From positions 1,999-65,998 of the forward strand of contig CAZDYI010000105.1 in assembly GCA_964509765.1 (NCBI GenBank): a stretch of 64,000 nucleotides of DNA. Reading direction: 5' to 3'. This document shows, piece after piece, positions 9,841 to 24,553 of the stretch. The first letter of the stretch is position 1. Every line of letters begins with the position of its first letter. The notes beneath the pieces were generated by a model. The model was not told the origin of the DNA. It saw only the letters and a program-made list of their open reading frames with translations, and did no database searches. The translations under genes were made by a program, and so were the position numbers. The stretch is from an uncultured Gammaproteobacteria bacterium (GTDB taxonomy: Bacteria > Pseudomonadota > Gammaproteobacteria > Tethybacterales > Tethybacteraceae).

Positions 9841-10221
9841 TCAGGCGGCCCTTGCTTCCCTCTTCTTCTCGAGCTTTTCCTTGATCCTCGACGCGCGGCC
9901 GCTGAGGCCGCGCAGGTAGTAGAGCTTTGCGCGCCGCACGTCGCCGCGGCGCACGAGGTCGATCTTGCGTATGACCGGCGAGTGGGTCTGGAAGGTGCGC
10001 TCGACCCCCTCGTTCCCGGAGGCCTTGCGCACGATGAACGACGAGTTGATCCCGCGGTTGCGCTTGGCGAGGACGACGCCCTCGAAGACCTGGTTGCGGC
10101 TCTTCTTGCCCTCGACGACGCTTACCGTCACGGCGACGGTGTCCCCGGGCCCGAACTGCGGGTCGGAGTCGCGGCGCAGGCGGGCGACCTCGGCCGCCTC
10201 GTAGTCGGAAACGATTCCCAT
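9841..10221 (-). CDS. rplS: 50S ribosomal protein L19
   Basis: 126 aa with L19 sequence ([32 protein letters not shown]). Follows trmD. Confidence 0.95.
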   Translation of the reverse strand: MGIVSDYEAAEVARLRRDSDPQFGPGDTVAVTVSVVEGKKSRNQVFEGVVLAKRNRGINSSFIVRKASGNEGVERTFQTHSPVIRKIDLVRRGDVRRAKLYYLRGLSGRASRIKEKLEKKREARAA

Positions 10222-10231
10222 CTTGGTTATC

Positions 10232-10981
10232 CTAGGGAATTATATCCCCGCTGCCCGCGTCCCCAGCCTGCCAGGGCAGCGGCGCGCCCCCCTTCTCGCG
10301 CGTCCTTTGTTCCGCCTCCTCGGTGCGCCAGCGCCCGATCTCGCCGTGGTTGCCGCCGAGCAGGACCTCCGGCACCCTCATTCCCTCGAACTCCTCCGGC
10401 CGCGTGTAGCAGGGCGGCGCGAGCCGGCCGGCGGAGAAGCTGTCGGCGTCGGCAGACTCCCCTGAGCCGAGCACCCCGGGGACGTGCCTCATCGCGGCGT
10501 CGATTACGGTCATCGCCGGAAGCTCGCCGCCCGAGACGACGTAGTCGCCGACCGACAGCTCGAAGTCCACCCTTGATTCGATCACGCGCTGGTCTATGCC
10601 TGCGTACCTCCCGCACAGGATCACGAGCCCGTCGGTCGCTGCTATCCCGCGGGCGACGGAGTCGTCCAGCGCCCTGCCCTGCGGGCTCATGTTGCAGACC
10701 GGAAGGCCCGGGGCCATCTCCCTCGCCCTGTCGACCGCCGCAGCGAGCGGTTCGGGCTTGAGCACCATGCCGGGCCCGCCGCCGTAAGGCGCGTCGTCGA
10801 CCGTCCTGTGCCTGTCGGTCGCGAAGTCGCGCGGGTTGACGAGCTCGAGCGCAGCAAGCCCGTTCCTGAATGCAGCGCCGACCACGCCTTCGTTGACCAG
10901 GGCGTCGAACATCGACGGGAAGAGCGTGACGACGACGAAGCGCAGCGCCGGACCGCCGCCGGACCCCGTGTCAGTAGTCAT
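10232..10981 (-). CDS. trmD: tRNA (guanine37-N1)-methyltransferase
   Basis: 249 aa with TrmD blocks ([42 protein letters not shown]). Confidence 0.95.
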   Translation of the reverse strand: MTTDTGSGGGPALRFVVVTLFPSMFDALVNEGVVGAAFRNGLAALELVNPRDFATDRHRTVDDAPYGGGPGMVLKPEPLAAAVDRAREMAPGLPVCNMSPQGRALDDSVARGIAATDGLVILCGRYAGIDQRVIESRVDFELSVGDYVVSGGELPAMTVIDAAMRHVPGVLGSGESADADSFSAGRLAPPCYTRPEEFEGMRVPEVLLGGNHGEIGRWRTEEAEQRTREKGGAPLPWQAGDAGSGDIIP

Positions 10982-11555
10982 CCCGCCAGGCCGTCCTGAT
11001 CACGCCGCGCTCCAGGTCCACCTCGGTGATGTACGGATCCTTGAACGGGATGAGCAGCGGCACGCGGCAGCCCCTCCTTACCACGAGGTTGTCGTTGCTC
11101 GGCATCGAATCCAGGCGGACCACGTCGCCGAGAATTGCGCCTCCCTCGCCGGTGACATGGAGTCCCGTGAGGTCGCACCAGTAGTACTCCCCTTCCGGGA
11201 GCTCGGGAAAGCGGAAGCGCTCGATGCCGACGGTGCGGCCGCGCAGCCCCTCGGCGTCATCCCTGGTCCCGCAACCCTCAAGCAGCGCGAGCAGGCACTT
11301 CCCGTTCCGCTTCGTCGCGGACACCCTGGCCTCCTTCCAGAGATCGGCGCGGCCGTCTCCTGACAGGCGCCAGGCGTCGCTCGCCTCCAGGACCTCCGGC
11401 CTGGCCTCGGACAGGCTCAGGGAAACCCAGCCGCGTACCCCGTGAGGGGCGCCGATCCTGGCTACGGGAACTATCCGATCGAGCCGGACAGGGCCGGCGC
11501 CCGCCTTACTGGGCGGCGGCTTTATCTTCCTCGCCGGCTGGCTCGCCGGATACAT
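10971..11555 (-). CDS. rimM: Ribosome maturation factor RimM
   Basis: Conserved RimM core starts at VPVARIGAPHGVRGWVSL. The only canonical in-frame start upstream of it is ATG 11553-11555, 50 nt inside the rpsP tail. The rest of the 268-aa track ORF is read-through. Confidence 0.8.
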   Translation of the reverse strand: MYPASQPARKIKPPPSKAGAGPVRLDRIVPVARIGAPHGVRGWVSLSLSEARPEVLEASDAWRLSGDGRADLWKEARVSATKRNGKCLLALLEGCGTRDDAEGLRGRTVGIERFRFPELPEGEYYWCDLTGLHVTGEGGAILGDVVRLDSMPSNDNLVVRRGCRVPLLIPFKDPYITEVDLERGVIRTAWRDDY

Positions 11556-12036
11556 CGGCCTCCGGCTCCTCCTGGCCGGCGGCTTCAGCGGCAGGCTCCT
11601 CAGGCTCTGCCGCAGCCTCGGTCGCTTCGGGCTCCTTGGCCTCAGCGGCCTCAGCGGCCTCGGGCGCCTCCGCAGCGGCAGCGGGGGCATCCTCGGCTGC
11701 TGCCTCAGGCTCGGCCTTGGTCTCCGCCTCGGCCGCCTTGGGCGGGACAACCTCCTCCACAGGCGGCTGAGCTGCATCCCTCGGGGCGACGTCCCCGCGG
11801 CGGACCCTGCGGATGAGCTTCTTTACGCTCGGGCGCACGACGGCTCCCTTGCTCACCCAGTGCTCGACGCGGTCGACGTCGAGCTTGAGCGGCAGCTCGC
11901 CGCCGCTGGCGTAGTAGTTAAGGTAGCCGATCCGCTCTATGTGGCTGCTGTCGCGCCGCGCCCTGGAGTCGGTCACGACCACGTGGTAGAACGGCCGGTG
12001 CACCGAGCCTGCCCTTGAAAGCCTTATTACGACCAT
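11506..12036 (-). CDS. rpsP: 30S ribosomal protein S16 with long Ala/Glu/Pro-rich C-terminal tail
   Basis: ATG 12034-12036. The first ~80 aa are canonical S16 (MVVIRLSRAGSVHRPFYHVVVTDSRARRD), followed by a ~95-aa acidic low-complexity tail. Confidence 0.9.
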   Translation of the reverse strand: MVVIRLSRAGSVHRPFYHVVVTDSRARRDSSHIERIGYLNYYASGGELPLKLDVDRVEHWVSKGAVVRPSVKKLIRRVRRGDVAPRDAAQPPVEEVVPPKAAEAETKAEPEAAAEDAPAAAAEAPEAAEAAEAKEPEATEAAAEPEEPAAEAAGQEEPEADVSGEPAGEEDKAAAQ

Positions 12037-12046
12037 GGGGGTTGGC

Positions 12047-12052
12047 ATTCTA
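12047..12052 (-). promoter_or_regulatory. -10-like TAGAAT box 10 nt upstream of the rpsP ATG
   Basis: Minus strand reads GGTAGAATGCCAACCCCCATG. No Shine-Dalgarno lies between the box and the ATG. Confidence 0.35.
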
Positions 12053-12096
12053 CCACCGCCTGCCCTCCCCGGCGTTCCTATAATTTCATTGCAACC

Positions 12097-13377
12097 ATGG
12101 GCGCAGCTGATGCCGGAACGCACAGGAAGAGGCGCGAGCGCCTGGCGGCGCTCGTCGGGGACGGCACCGTGTTCGCGGCGAACCCGCCGCTTCCTTCGGA
12201 CCACGCCGCCAGCCACAGGCCTGACCCCGACATGTTCTACCTTACCGGGATGGACGAGCCCGACTGCTCGCTGTCGCTCGCAGTCGAGGGAGGAAAGATA
12301 ACGGGCGAGACGGTTCACTGCCGCGCGCGCGACCCTGATTACGAAAGGTGGAACGGCGAGCTCCTCGGGCCGCTCCGGGCTTCCCGGCTCCTTGCTGTCG
12401 ACGACGTGCGGCCGTGGAAGGACGCCGCCGCCGCGCTCAGGGAGGCCGTAGGAAACGGCGCCGGACAGCTGCACGTGAGGATGGACAGCCCGGCCGCAGC
12501 GCAGGGACTGAGCATCATGTCGAACAGCAGGCCCGCCGGCAGGACGTCGCTCAGCGACCTGCGCTGGGCGACCGCAAGGCTGCGCATGGTCAAGGACAGG
12601 ACCGAGGTCGCACTGATCGAGAGCTGCTCCCGGATCGCGGTCGAGGCGCTTGCCGAGCTCGCATCCGCGCTGCCGGGCGCCGCAACCGAGGCGGACCTCG
12701 AGGCCTCACTCTCAAGCTCGTACGCCAGGCGCGGCGCGGAGCACGCCTTCCGCCCGATAGTCGCCTGCGGCAGGAACGCATGCGTCGCGCACTACACGGC
12801 AAACTCCTCAAGGCTGGGCCGCGGCAAGCTCGTGCTCGTCGACACCGGAGCGCGGCGCTCTGGCTACACGTCGGACATCACCCGGGTGTACCCGCTGTCG
12901 GGCAGGTTCACGGACGCGCAGCGGGAGCTGTACGGAACGGTGCTGTCCGCGCAGAAGGCGGCGATCCGGCGCATCAGGCCCGGGTCCACTCTCGAGTCCG
13001 CGCAGCGCTCGGCGAGCCGGGCCCTTGCAAAGGGGCTGGCGTCGATGGGAGTCTGCCGCGGCGCACCCGAGCGCGTCATGGGCTCTGGAGCCTTCGCCGA
13101 CTTCTACTTCCACTCGATCGGCCACATGCTCGGGATCGAGGTGCACGACCCGATCTTAAGGAAGGACGGAAAAGGCAGGCCGCTCAGGCTCGTCCCCGGC
13201 ATGGTGGTGACGGTCGAGCCCGGCCTGTACCTTGACGGCAGGAAACAGGTGCCGAAGGAGCTGCGGAACACCGGCGTGCGCATCGAGGACCTTGTGCTCG
13301 TCACCCGCACCGGAAACAGGGTGCTGACCGCGGCGGCGCCGAAGAACCCCTCCGAGGTCGAGGCGCTGTTCGGGTGA
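12097..13377 (+). CDS. pepP: Xaa-Pro aminopeptidase (M24B)
   Basis: 426 aa with M24 metal-ligand blocks ([45 protein letters not shown]). pepP-ubiH synteny as in E. coli. Confidence 0.9.
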   Translation: MGAADAGTHRKRRERLAALVGDGTVFAANPPLPSDHAASHRPDPDMFYLTGMDEPDCSLSLAVEGGKITGETVHCRARDPDYERWNGELLGPLRASRLLAVDDVRPWKDAAAALREAVGNGAGQLHVRMDSPAAAQGLSIMSNSRPAGRTSLSDLRWATARLRMVKDRTEVALIESCSRIAVEALAELASALPGAATEADLEASLSSSYARRGAEHAFRPIVACGRNACVAHYTANSSRLGRGKLVLVDTGARRSGYTSDITRVYPLSGRFTDAQRELYGTVLSAQKAAIRRIRPGSTLESAQRSASRALAKGLASMGVCRGAPERVMGSGAFADFYFHSIGHMLGIEVHDPILRKDGKGRPLRLVPGMVVTVEPGLYLDGRKQVPKELRNTGVRIEDLVLVTRTGNRVLTAAAPKNPSEVEALFG

Positions 13378-14510
13378 CTCTCAGGGTCGCGTTCCTCGGC
13401 GGCGGAGCAGTCGGCGCACCGGCCGCCCTGCTTGCGGCAAGGGCGCTCAAGGACGCGGAGGTAACCGTGGTCGACTCCGGCAGGAGGCCGCCGGGGTCGA
13501 GGACGTTCGTCCTGCTCTGCGGGACGTGCGAGCGGCTAAAGGACTCCGGCGCCTGGGAGGCCTTCGCAGGAAGCGCACACAGGATCGCCTCGGTCGACGG
13601 CAGCTTCGAGGGCGCCTTCGGAGGCCTGCGGCTGTCGGGCGACGACTGCTTCGCCGAGTGCGTCGGGAACAGCTTCGCTGAGGGCGGCTTCGTCGACGCC
13701 GCGGCGTCCGCCCTGCGCGGCGAGGAAAACGTCCGCATGCTGGCCGGCGCGACGGTGGAATCCGTCGGAACTGACGGCAGCGTTACGTGGAGGGACGGCG
13801 AAGGGAAGAGCGCATCAGAGCGCTTCGACTTAGTCGCTGTCGCCGGCCTGCCGCAGGACCTGCTGGTAGGCTGCGGGTTCTCGTTCTCGACCAAGGAGTA
13901 CGACCACCTCGCCCTGGTGTCCTCGTTCGAGTGCGACGACCCCGGCGACGAGTCCCGGGAGCGCATCCTCGACGACGGCGCCTCCACCCTGATCCCGAGG
14001 GCCGACGGCTTCGGCCACGTGCTGATCGCCTCCCGCGAGTCCGCGGAAAGGCTTTCGGACCTGGACGACGAGGCCTACTCGGACCTTGCCAAGTCGAGCG
14101 GGTGGCTGCCCGAAGGCCGCGACGCGGTCCTTGCGGGCAGGGGCAGCTTCACCCCGAGGATGCGCACCGCGCGCAACCCGACGGCCGGGCGGGTCGTCCT
14201 GCTCGGGGCCAGCGCCTGCTCGGTCCACCCGATCGGCGCGCAGGAGCTCAACCTCGGACTGCGCGACGCGCTTGAGCTCGCTTCCATGCTGGAGAGCCGC
14301 GGGGACAGGACGCCCGAGGAGATCGCGGGCGCCTTCGGCGAGGCGCGCGCGGCGGACCGGCAGAGGATCGCCAGGCTGACCGACGCGGCCGCCATGCTGT
14401 CGACCATGCGCTTTCCCGGCAAGCTGTGCCTGGCAGGGCTGGCGGCAACCGCTGTGGACGTCTGCCCGCCGGCCAGGCGGATGCTTCTCGGCGCCGCGAT
14501 ACTGCCTTAG
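13374..14510 (+). CDS. ubiH: FAD-dependent monooxygenase, UbiH/UbiF/VisC family
   Basis: N-terminal dinucleotide-binding motif ([11 protein letters not shown]). GTGA overlap with pepP. The call is at family level; the exact ubiquinone hydroxylation step is not determinable. Confidence 0.7.
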   Translation: MTLRVAFLGGGAVGAPAALLAARALKDAEVTVVDSGRRPPGSRTFVLLCGTCERLKDSGAWEAFAGSAHRIASVDGSFEGAFGGLRLSGDDCFAECVGNSFAEGGFVDAAASALRGEENVRMLAGATVESVGTDGSVTWRDGEGKSASERFDLVAVAGLPQDLLVGCGFSFSTKEYDHLALVSSFECDDPGDESRERILDDGASTLIPRADGFGHVLIASRESAERLSDLDDEAYSDLAKSSGWLPEGRDAVLAGRGSFTPRMRTARNPTAGRVVLLGASACSVHPIGAQELNLGLRDALELASMLESRGDRTPEEIAGAFGEARAADRQRIARLTDAAAMLSTMRFPGKLCLAGLAATAVDVCPPARRMLLGAAILP

Positions 14511-14552
14511 CAGGTCAAGGCGTTCCCCGGCATCCCCGGGATCGCCGGAAGG

Positions 14553-17042
<2,490 letters not shown>

Positions 17043-17095
17043 TGAGGGGGGCGGCTCCGTTCCGGCGCGGCCAGCGCGGCGTTGAACCTGTGAAT

Positions 17096-17124
17096 TTTAT
17101 AACAACGATGCGACGCCCGTTCAA
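17096..17124 (-). promoter_or_regulatory. Sigma-70-type promoter candidate for rpoD (TTGAAC-N17-TATAAA)
   Basis: Minus strand reads TTGAAC(17119-17124)-17 nt-TATAAA(17096-17101), about 54 nt upstream of the rpoD ATG. Confidence 0.45.
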
Positions 17125-17140
17125 GGGCCCGCCGCCGCCG

Positions 17141-17929
17141 TCAGTTGGCCTCGCTCGCCGCCTTGCGCAGCTCGCGGAGGATCCCCACGGTCGCCGCGCC
17201 GCTTTCCGGCAGGCCGCGCTCGCGCTCGAAGGCCCTGATTGCAACCTTGGTCTGGGTCCCGTACAGGCCGTCGACCGTCCCGACGTCGTAGCCGAGCGAG
17301 TCAAGCAGGGTCTGGATGTCGGCCACCATCTCCGACCTGCTCCACTGCCCGCCGTCCTCGCCGCCGAGAACGAGCAGCTGCTCGTCGAGCGCAGCCTGCA
17401 CGAGCTCCTCGCGGCGCGCCGAAACGTGCTCCCGCGCCGCGGCGAGCGCGGCGGGTTCGGCAGAGCCGAGGTCGCACAGACCGGCGGCCTCGACCTGGAG
17501 CTCGCTGATCCTCGAGAACTCCCTGTTGGTAGTCGCGACGCCGATGAGAACCTCCAGGAAGACCTCCTCGCGCAGGCACCACCGAAGCTCGGCCTCGCCG
17601 AGCGGCCCGCCGGCCGCGGGCCTGGCGTACTCGGCTACGCCCCCCGCGCTGTCGGCCTCGAGGCTCAGGCCCTCGAGCGAGACGTGCTGCTCCATGTAGC
17701 GCTCGTACCCGTAGAGGCCCACCGCCCCGAGCGCGGCCGCGAACGCAAGCAGGAACAGGTTGGCGACGATGCCGCGGCCCCTTCTCCTTGCCCTCCTGCG
17801 CCTGCCCGCGGGGCGCGGGCCGCGCTCCGCGGCGGGGCTGCCCGGCCCGTCCGCCTCCCCGGCGCCGTCGGCGCCCCCGCTGCCCGAGGCGAAGCTCGGC
17901 TCGCGGCGCGTGTCCCGATTCCTGATCAT
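17141..17929 (-). CDS. Membrane-anchored peptidoglycan-binding domain protein
   Basis: 262 aa with an Arg-rich N-terminus, one TM segment (IVANLFLLAFAAALGAVGLYGY) and a C-terminal PG_binding_1-like motif (LGYDVGTVDGLYGTQTKVAIRAFERERGLPESG). Confidence 0.7.
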   Translation of the reverse strand: MIRNRDTRREPSFASGSGGADGAGEADGPGSPAAERGPRPAGRRRRARRRGRGIVANLFLLAFAAALGAVGLYGYERYMEQHVSLEGLSLEADSAGGVAEYARPAAGGPLGEAELRWCLREEVFLEVLIGVATTNREFSRISELQVEAAGLCDLGSAEPAALAAAREHVSARREELVQAALDEQLLVLGGEDGGQWSRSEMVADIQTLLDSLGYDVGTVDGLYGTQTKVAIRAFERERGLPESGAATVGILRELRKAASEAN

Positions 17930-18086
17930 CCGGCGGAGGTCGCGGAGTTGCCCTTGCCCCTGCTCCCGCCTGCGGGCGGGACGGGTTCTGCCCTAGTCGC
18001 TGCGGATTCTATCCGCCGCACTTCGGGCCGGCGCGCCCGGCGGTTGGTAGAATGGCGCATTCGGGCAAGGACGGAGGACGCGCGCC

Positions 18087-19115
<1,029 letters not shown>

Positions 19116-19152
19116 CCGCCTTGCCGCCCGGCGCTTCCCGACGGAGGGCAAC

Positions 19153-20214
19153 ATGAGAACGATGAAGGGCCCGGCGATCTTCCTCGCCCAGTTCGCCGGC
19201 GACGAGAAGCCGTTCAGCGGCTTCGCGGACATCTGCAAGTGGGCCGCCGGCCTCGGCTACGAGGGCGTCCAGGTCCCGTCCTGGGACGCGAGGCTGTTCG
19301 ACCTGGAGAAGGCGGCCGGGAGCAAGGACTACTGCGACGAGGCCGCGGGGACCGCAAGGGAGGCCGGGGTCGAGATATCCGAGCTGTCCACCCACCTGCA
19401 GGGACAGCTCGTCGCGGTGCACCCGGCGTACGACGAGATGTTCGACGGCTTCGCCCCCGAGGCTGTGCGCGGCAAGCCCGCCGAGCGGCAGAAGTGGGCC
19501 GTCGGGCAGCTGCAGGCCGCGGCAAAGGCGTCGGCGAACCTCGGGCTGTCGGCGCACGCGACGTTCTCCGGCGCGCTCGCCTGGCCGTACGTCTACCCCT
19601 GGCCGCAGCGGCCGGCCGGACTGGTCGAGACCGCCTTCGACGAGCTCGCCAGGCGCTGGAAGCCGATCCTCGACGACTTTGACAAGGCCGGAGTCGACCT
19701 CTGCTACGAGATCCACCCGGGCGAGGACCTGCACGACGGGGTGACCTTCGAGATGTTCCTCGAGCGCGTCGGCGGCCACCCGCGCTGCAACATCCTCTAC
19801 GACCCGAGCCACTTCGTCCTGCAGGCGCTCGACTACATCGACTACATCGACATCTACCACGAGCGGATCAGGATGTTCCACGTCAAGGACGCCGAGCTCA
19901 ACCCGACCGGCCGCCAGGGGGTCTACGGCGGCTACCAGTCCTGGGTCGACCGCGCCGGCAGGTTCAGGTCCCTCGGCGACGGCGAGGTCGACTTCCCGTC
20001 GATCTTCTCCAAGCTGACCTCCTACGGATTCGACGGCTGGCCCGTGCTCGAGTGGGAGTGCTGCCTCAAGCACCCCGAGGACGGCGCGCGCGAGGGGGCC
20101 GAGTTCATCGCCGACCAGATCATCCGCGTGACCGAGCACGCCTTCGACGACTTCGCCGCAGGCGGCTCGGACGAGGACGCCAACAGGCGCATCCTCGGAA
20201 TCGGGGGCAAGTGA
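19153..20214 (+). CDS. Sugar phosphate isomerase/epimerase (xylose isomerase-like TIM barrel)
   Basis: 353 aa with family blocks (CYEIHPGEDLHD, HVKDAE, PVLEWEC). SD GGAGGG lies upstream. Confidence 0.75.
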   Translation: MRTMKGPAIFLAQFAGDEKPFSGFADICKWAAGLGYEGVQVPSWDARLFDLEKAAGSKDYCDEAAGTAREAGVEISELSTHLQGQLVAVHPAYDEMFDGFAPEAVRGKPAERQKWAVGQLQAAAKASANLGLSAHATFSGALAWPYVYPWPQRPAGLVETAFDELARRWKPILDDFDKAGVDLCYEIHPGEDLHDGVTFEMFLERVGGHPRCNILYDPSHFVLQALDYIDYIDIYHERIRMFHVKDAELNPTGRQGVYGGYQSWVDRAGRFRSLGDGEVDFPSIFSKLTSYGFDGWPVLEWECCLKHPEDGAREGAEFIADQIIRVTEHAFDDFAAGGSDEDANRRILGIGGK

Positions 20215-20215
20215 C

Positions 20216-21379
20216 GTGAGGAGGAGAATCCGCCTCGGGATGGTCGGCGGCGGCCAGGGCTCGCTGATCGGGAACGTCCACCGCATCGCCTCGCGCATCG
20301 ACGACCGCTACGAGCTCGTCGCAGGCGCCCTGTCGTCGGACCCGGCGCGCGCGCTGCAGTCGGCGCTGGACATAGGAATCGACAAGGAGCGCAGCTACGC
20401 AGGCTACGAACAGATGGCCGAGGGGGAGGCGGAGCGCGACGACGGCATCGACGCGGTGAGCATCGTCACGCCGAACCACCTGCACAGCGGCCCGATCGAG
20501 AGCTTCGCCGCGCGCGGCATCCACGTGATCTGCGACAAGCCGCTGTGCGACACGATGGAGAACGCGAGGAAGGCGAAGAAGTCGCTCGAGGACAACAACG
20601 TCTGCTTCCTGCTCACGCACAACTACACCGGCTACCCGCTCGTGCGCGAGGCGCGCGCGATGGTCGCCGCCGGCGAGATCGGCGAGGTCCGCTACGTGCG
20701 CGCGACATACATACAGGGCTGGCTGTCGACGGACGTCGAGAACCAGGGCGTCAAGCAGGCCGAGTGGCGCACGGACCCCAAGCGGAGCGGGCCCGTCGGC
20801 TGCGTCGGCGACATCGGCACGCACGCCTTCCACATCGCCCGCTACGTCACGGGCCTGGAGCTGGAAAGCGTGGCCGCCGACCTCACCTCGTTCGTCCCGG
20901 GGCGCAAGCTCGACGACCACGCGGACATCCTGCTGCGCTACGAAGGCGGCGCCAAGGGCGTCCTGTCCTGCAGCCAGATCAGCCTCGGGCACGAGAACGG
21001 GCTCTCGATCGGGATCTACGGGACCAAGGGCAGCCTGCGCTGGGAGCAGGAGCACCCCAACCAGATGACCGTCTGCACCGGCGGCAACGAGCCGGTCAGG
21101 CAGTACTCGAGGGGGCTGGCCAACCTCGGCCCGTGGGCCGCGGCGGCGACCAGGATACCGCCGGGCCACCCGGAGGGTTACCTCGAGGCCTTCGCGCAGC
21201 TCTACAGCGACGTCGCGGTGCAGATACTCGCGCGGATCAACGGCATCGAGTCGGGGATAGATAACGCCGCCCCGTTCCCCGGCATCGACGACGGGATGGC
21301 CGGCATGGCGTTTTCGGCGGCGGCGCTCGAGTCGTCGAACGGCGGCTCGGCCTGGACGGAGGTCGAGGGGACCGGCTGA
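20216..21379 (+). CDS. Gfo/Idh/MocA family oxidoreductase
   Basis: 387 aa, GTG start, with an N-terminal Rossmann motif (IRLGMVGGGQGSLIG) and a typical EKP-like block (ICDKPL). Commonly paired with the preceding TIM-barrel family. Confidence 0.8.
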   Translation: MRRRIRLGMVGGGQGSLIGNVHRIASRIDDRYELVAGALSSDPARALQSALDIGIDKERSYAGYEQMAEGEAERDDGIDAVSIVTPNHLHSGPIESFAARGIHVICDKPLCDTMENARKAKKSLEDNNVCFLLTHNYTGYPLVREARAMVAAGEIGEVRYVRATYIQGWLSTDVENQGVKQAEWRTDPKRSGPVGCVGDIGTHAFHIARYVTGLELESVAADLTSFVPGRKLDDHADILLRYEGGAKGVLSCSQISLGHENGLSIGIYGTKGSLRWEQEHPNQMTVCTGGNEPVRQYSRGLANLGPWAAAATRIPPGHPEGYLEAFAQLYSDVAVQILARINGIESGIDNAAPFPGIDDGMAGMAFSAAALESSNGGSAWTEVEGTG

Positions 21380-21397
21380 CGTCCCCGCCCGCCCGGT

Positions 21398-21474
<77 letters not shown>

Positions 21475-21500
21475 GCGCGCGCGATCCGGCGCCGCGCTGA

Positions 21501-22224
21501 TTATCCCATCGCCAGGCCGCCGTTGACTGGAATCGTCGCGCCCGTGACGTAGGAGGCCTCGTCCGAGACGAGGAAAGAGATGACAGACGCGACCTCCTCG
21601 GGCAGGCCCGTGCGGCCGAGCGGGATGTTCCCGAGCAAGGCCTCGCGGACCTTGTCGCTGATCTTCTCGCGGGTCATGTCGGTGTCGATGTATCCGGGCG
21701 CGACCGCGTTTACGGTGATCCCGCGGCGCCCGTACTCCCTCGCGAGGGTCCGGACCAGGCCCTCGATGCCGGCCTTGCTCGCGACGTAGTTCGCCTGGCC
21801 CGCGTTGCCGGTCGACGCAACGACCGACGAGAGCATCACGATCCTGCCCCGGCGCGCCTTGGCCATGCCCTGGATGTAGTGCCGCGCAAGGCGGAACGGG
21901 TCGGCGAGGTTGACCTCCAGCACCTCCGACAGCGCATCGTCCTTCATCCTCACGAACAGGCCGTCGCGGCTGATGCCGGCGTTGCACACGAGCGTGTCCG
22001 CCGCCGGCACCGCCTCGGTGAGTCGCGCCAGGTCGCCCGCGTTGCCGGCGCGGTAGGCGTGCCCCTTTCCGGAATGGCCCGCGGCCTTGACCGCCTCCGT
22101 GACGGCGGCGGCGCCCTCTTCGCTGGTCGCGGTCCCGTGCACCTCGAACCGTTCGCCAAGAGCCTTGATCACGGCGGCCCCGATCCCCCTGCTCGCGCCC
22201 GTGACCAGGGCGACCCTTTTCGCT

Positions 22225-22253
<29 letters not shown>
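21501..22253 (-). CDS. fabG: 3-oxoacyl-ACP reductase FabG-like short-chain dehydrogenase
   Basis: 250 aa with TGASRGIG, NAGISRD, YVASKAG, VNAVAPGYIDTDMT and a C-terminal VNGGLAMG. Confidence 0.8.
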
Positions 22254-22802
<549 letters not shown>

Positions 22803-22806
<4 letters not shown>

Positions 22807-24335
22807 CCTGGACCTCCCGCCTCGGCGATCGCGGCCAGCACCGCCTTGGCCTTGTTGACCGTCTCCCGGTATTCCGCCCCGGGCTCCGAGTCTGCGACCA
22901 GCCCGCCGCCGGCCTGCACCCAGGCCTTGCCGCCCTTGGCCATCATCATCCTGATGGCGATGCAGCTGTCGCTGTTGCCGCCGAAGTCGATGTAGCCGAC
23001 CAGCCCGCCGTAGACGTTGCGGCGAACGGACTCGAACCCGTTGATCAGCTGCATGGCGCGCACCTTCGGCGCGCCCGACAGCGTGCCGGCTGGGAACGTC
23101 GAGCGCATCGCGTCGAACAGCGACTTGTCGTCCGCTAGCTCGGCAACCACCTCGGAGGTGATGTGCATGACGTGCGAGTAGTGCTCGACCTCGAGCAGCC
23201 TCTTGATCTCGACGCTGCCTGGCTTGGCGACGCGGCCGAGGTCGTTTCGCACGAGGTCGACGAGCATCCTGTGCTCGGCGCACTCCTTCTCGTCGGCCAG
23301 CAGCTCGCGGGCGAGCCCGGCGTCGCGGGCCGGGTCCCCGGTCCTCGGCCTGGTCCCCGCAAGCGGGCGCATCATCAGCTCGCCGCCCTCGCAGCGGAGC
23401 TGGGTCTCAGGCGACGAGCCGACCGCATCGAAGTCGCCGAACCTCAGGGCGAACATGTACGAGGAGGGGTTGAGCTTGCGCAGCGAGCGGTAGACGTCGA
23501 GCGGGGTGGCCTTGAGCGGCATCGAGTAGCGTCTTGAGGGAACGACCTGGAAGACGTCGCCGGCGCGGATGCGCTCCTTCGCCCGCTCAACGATGTCGCA
23601 GTAGCAGGACTCGTCGCAGTTGCTCTCAAGCCCTGCCGGAAGCGAGTCGCCCTGCTCGAACAGCCCGTCGAAGTCGACCTCGCTGAGCTCCGCAGGGCGC
23701 AGGTGCCTCGAGGCGAACTCACGCGCCTCCTCCACCAGCCTCTCGTACAGCACACTTGCTTTCTCGCCTTCAGTCTCTTCGGGAAGCAAGCACTTGCTGA
23801 CCAGGATCTCCGAGTGGAGGTGGTCGAAGCAGACCACGTGGTCCGTGAGCATCCACGCCATCTCGGGCACAGACAATTCGTCGGGCAGCATATCGCCGAC
23901 CGGCTCGAAGTAGTGCACGCAGTCGTACCCGAGGTACCCGACCACGCCGCCGACCAGAGGAGGCAGCGCGAGGCTGTCCGGCCACTTGGCCCGGTAGCCT
24001 TGCATGCGCCCTTCCAGCTCGGCCAGGGGATCGTCGCAGTCGAGGCTCTCGATCTCCTTCCCTGCGCCGTCGGTAGTGACGAACCTGCCGTCCCTGCACT
24101 CGAAGACCTTCCTGGGCGAGGCGCCCATGAAGCTGTAGCGGCCGAGCCTGACCCCGGTCTCGACACTCTCGAGAAAGAAGGCGTGAGGGCTTGCCGAGCG
24201 CAGGTTCGAATAGACCGACACAGGCGTGTGCAGGTCGTTGGGCAGCCGCACGACGAAGGGAACCGGCCCTCCGGCGCATGCCTCGACCAGCCCGGCGAAT
24301 TCGCCTTCGGTGGGGTTGACGGCGTTGAGGGACAT
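22803..24335 (-). CDS. trpE: Anthranilate synthase component I
   Basis: 510 aa with FFLESVETGVRLGRYSF near the N-terminus and a chorismate-binding C-terminal domain (GTLSGAPKVRAMQLI, GGLVGYIDFGGN). Confidence 0.92.
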
Positions 24336-24553
24336 GAATCAGATTCGATTTGCAATCATGAATTGCCTGGCATCGTGAAAAAGCTCATCCGAGGCAACAG
24401 CGCTCTGCAGACGCCAGTCGGATATTGCGTCGTTTCAAGCAACACTGGATATTTTCCCACGAACAGACCTGATTCTGTCATGGCTATACATTCCGCTACC
24501 TGCCTCGTCAGGCAGGAAAAACACGTAACGAAGCGATTCCTAATCCTTGGAAA

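Noticed and set aside
24356-24481. 41-codon ORF upstream of trpE, considered as a possible trp leader peptide or attenuator.
   Set aside because: It has no Trp codons, no obvious alternative terminator/antiterminator hairpins followed by a U-tract, and the sequence has island-like composition rather than native. It is kept only as context in a finding.
24499-24516. Hairpin CCTGCC-TCGTCA-GGCAGG downstream of the ANK gene, considered as an intrinsic terminator.
   Set aside because: The stem is only 6 bp. On the ANK (minus) strand the T-run precedes the stem rather than following it, so a terminator call is not supportable.
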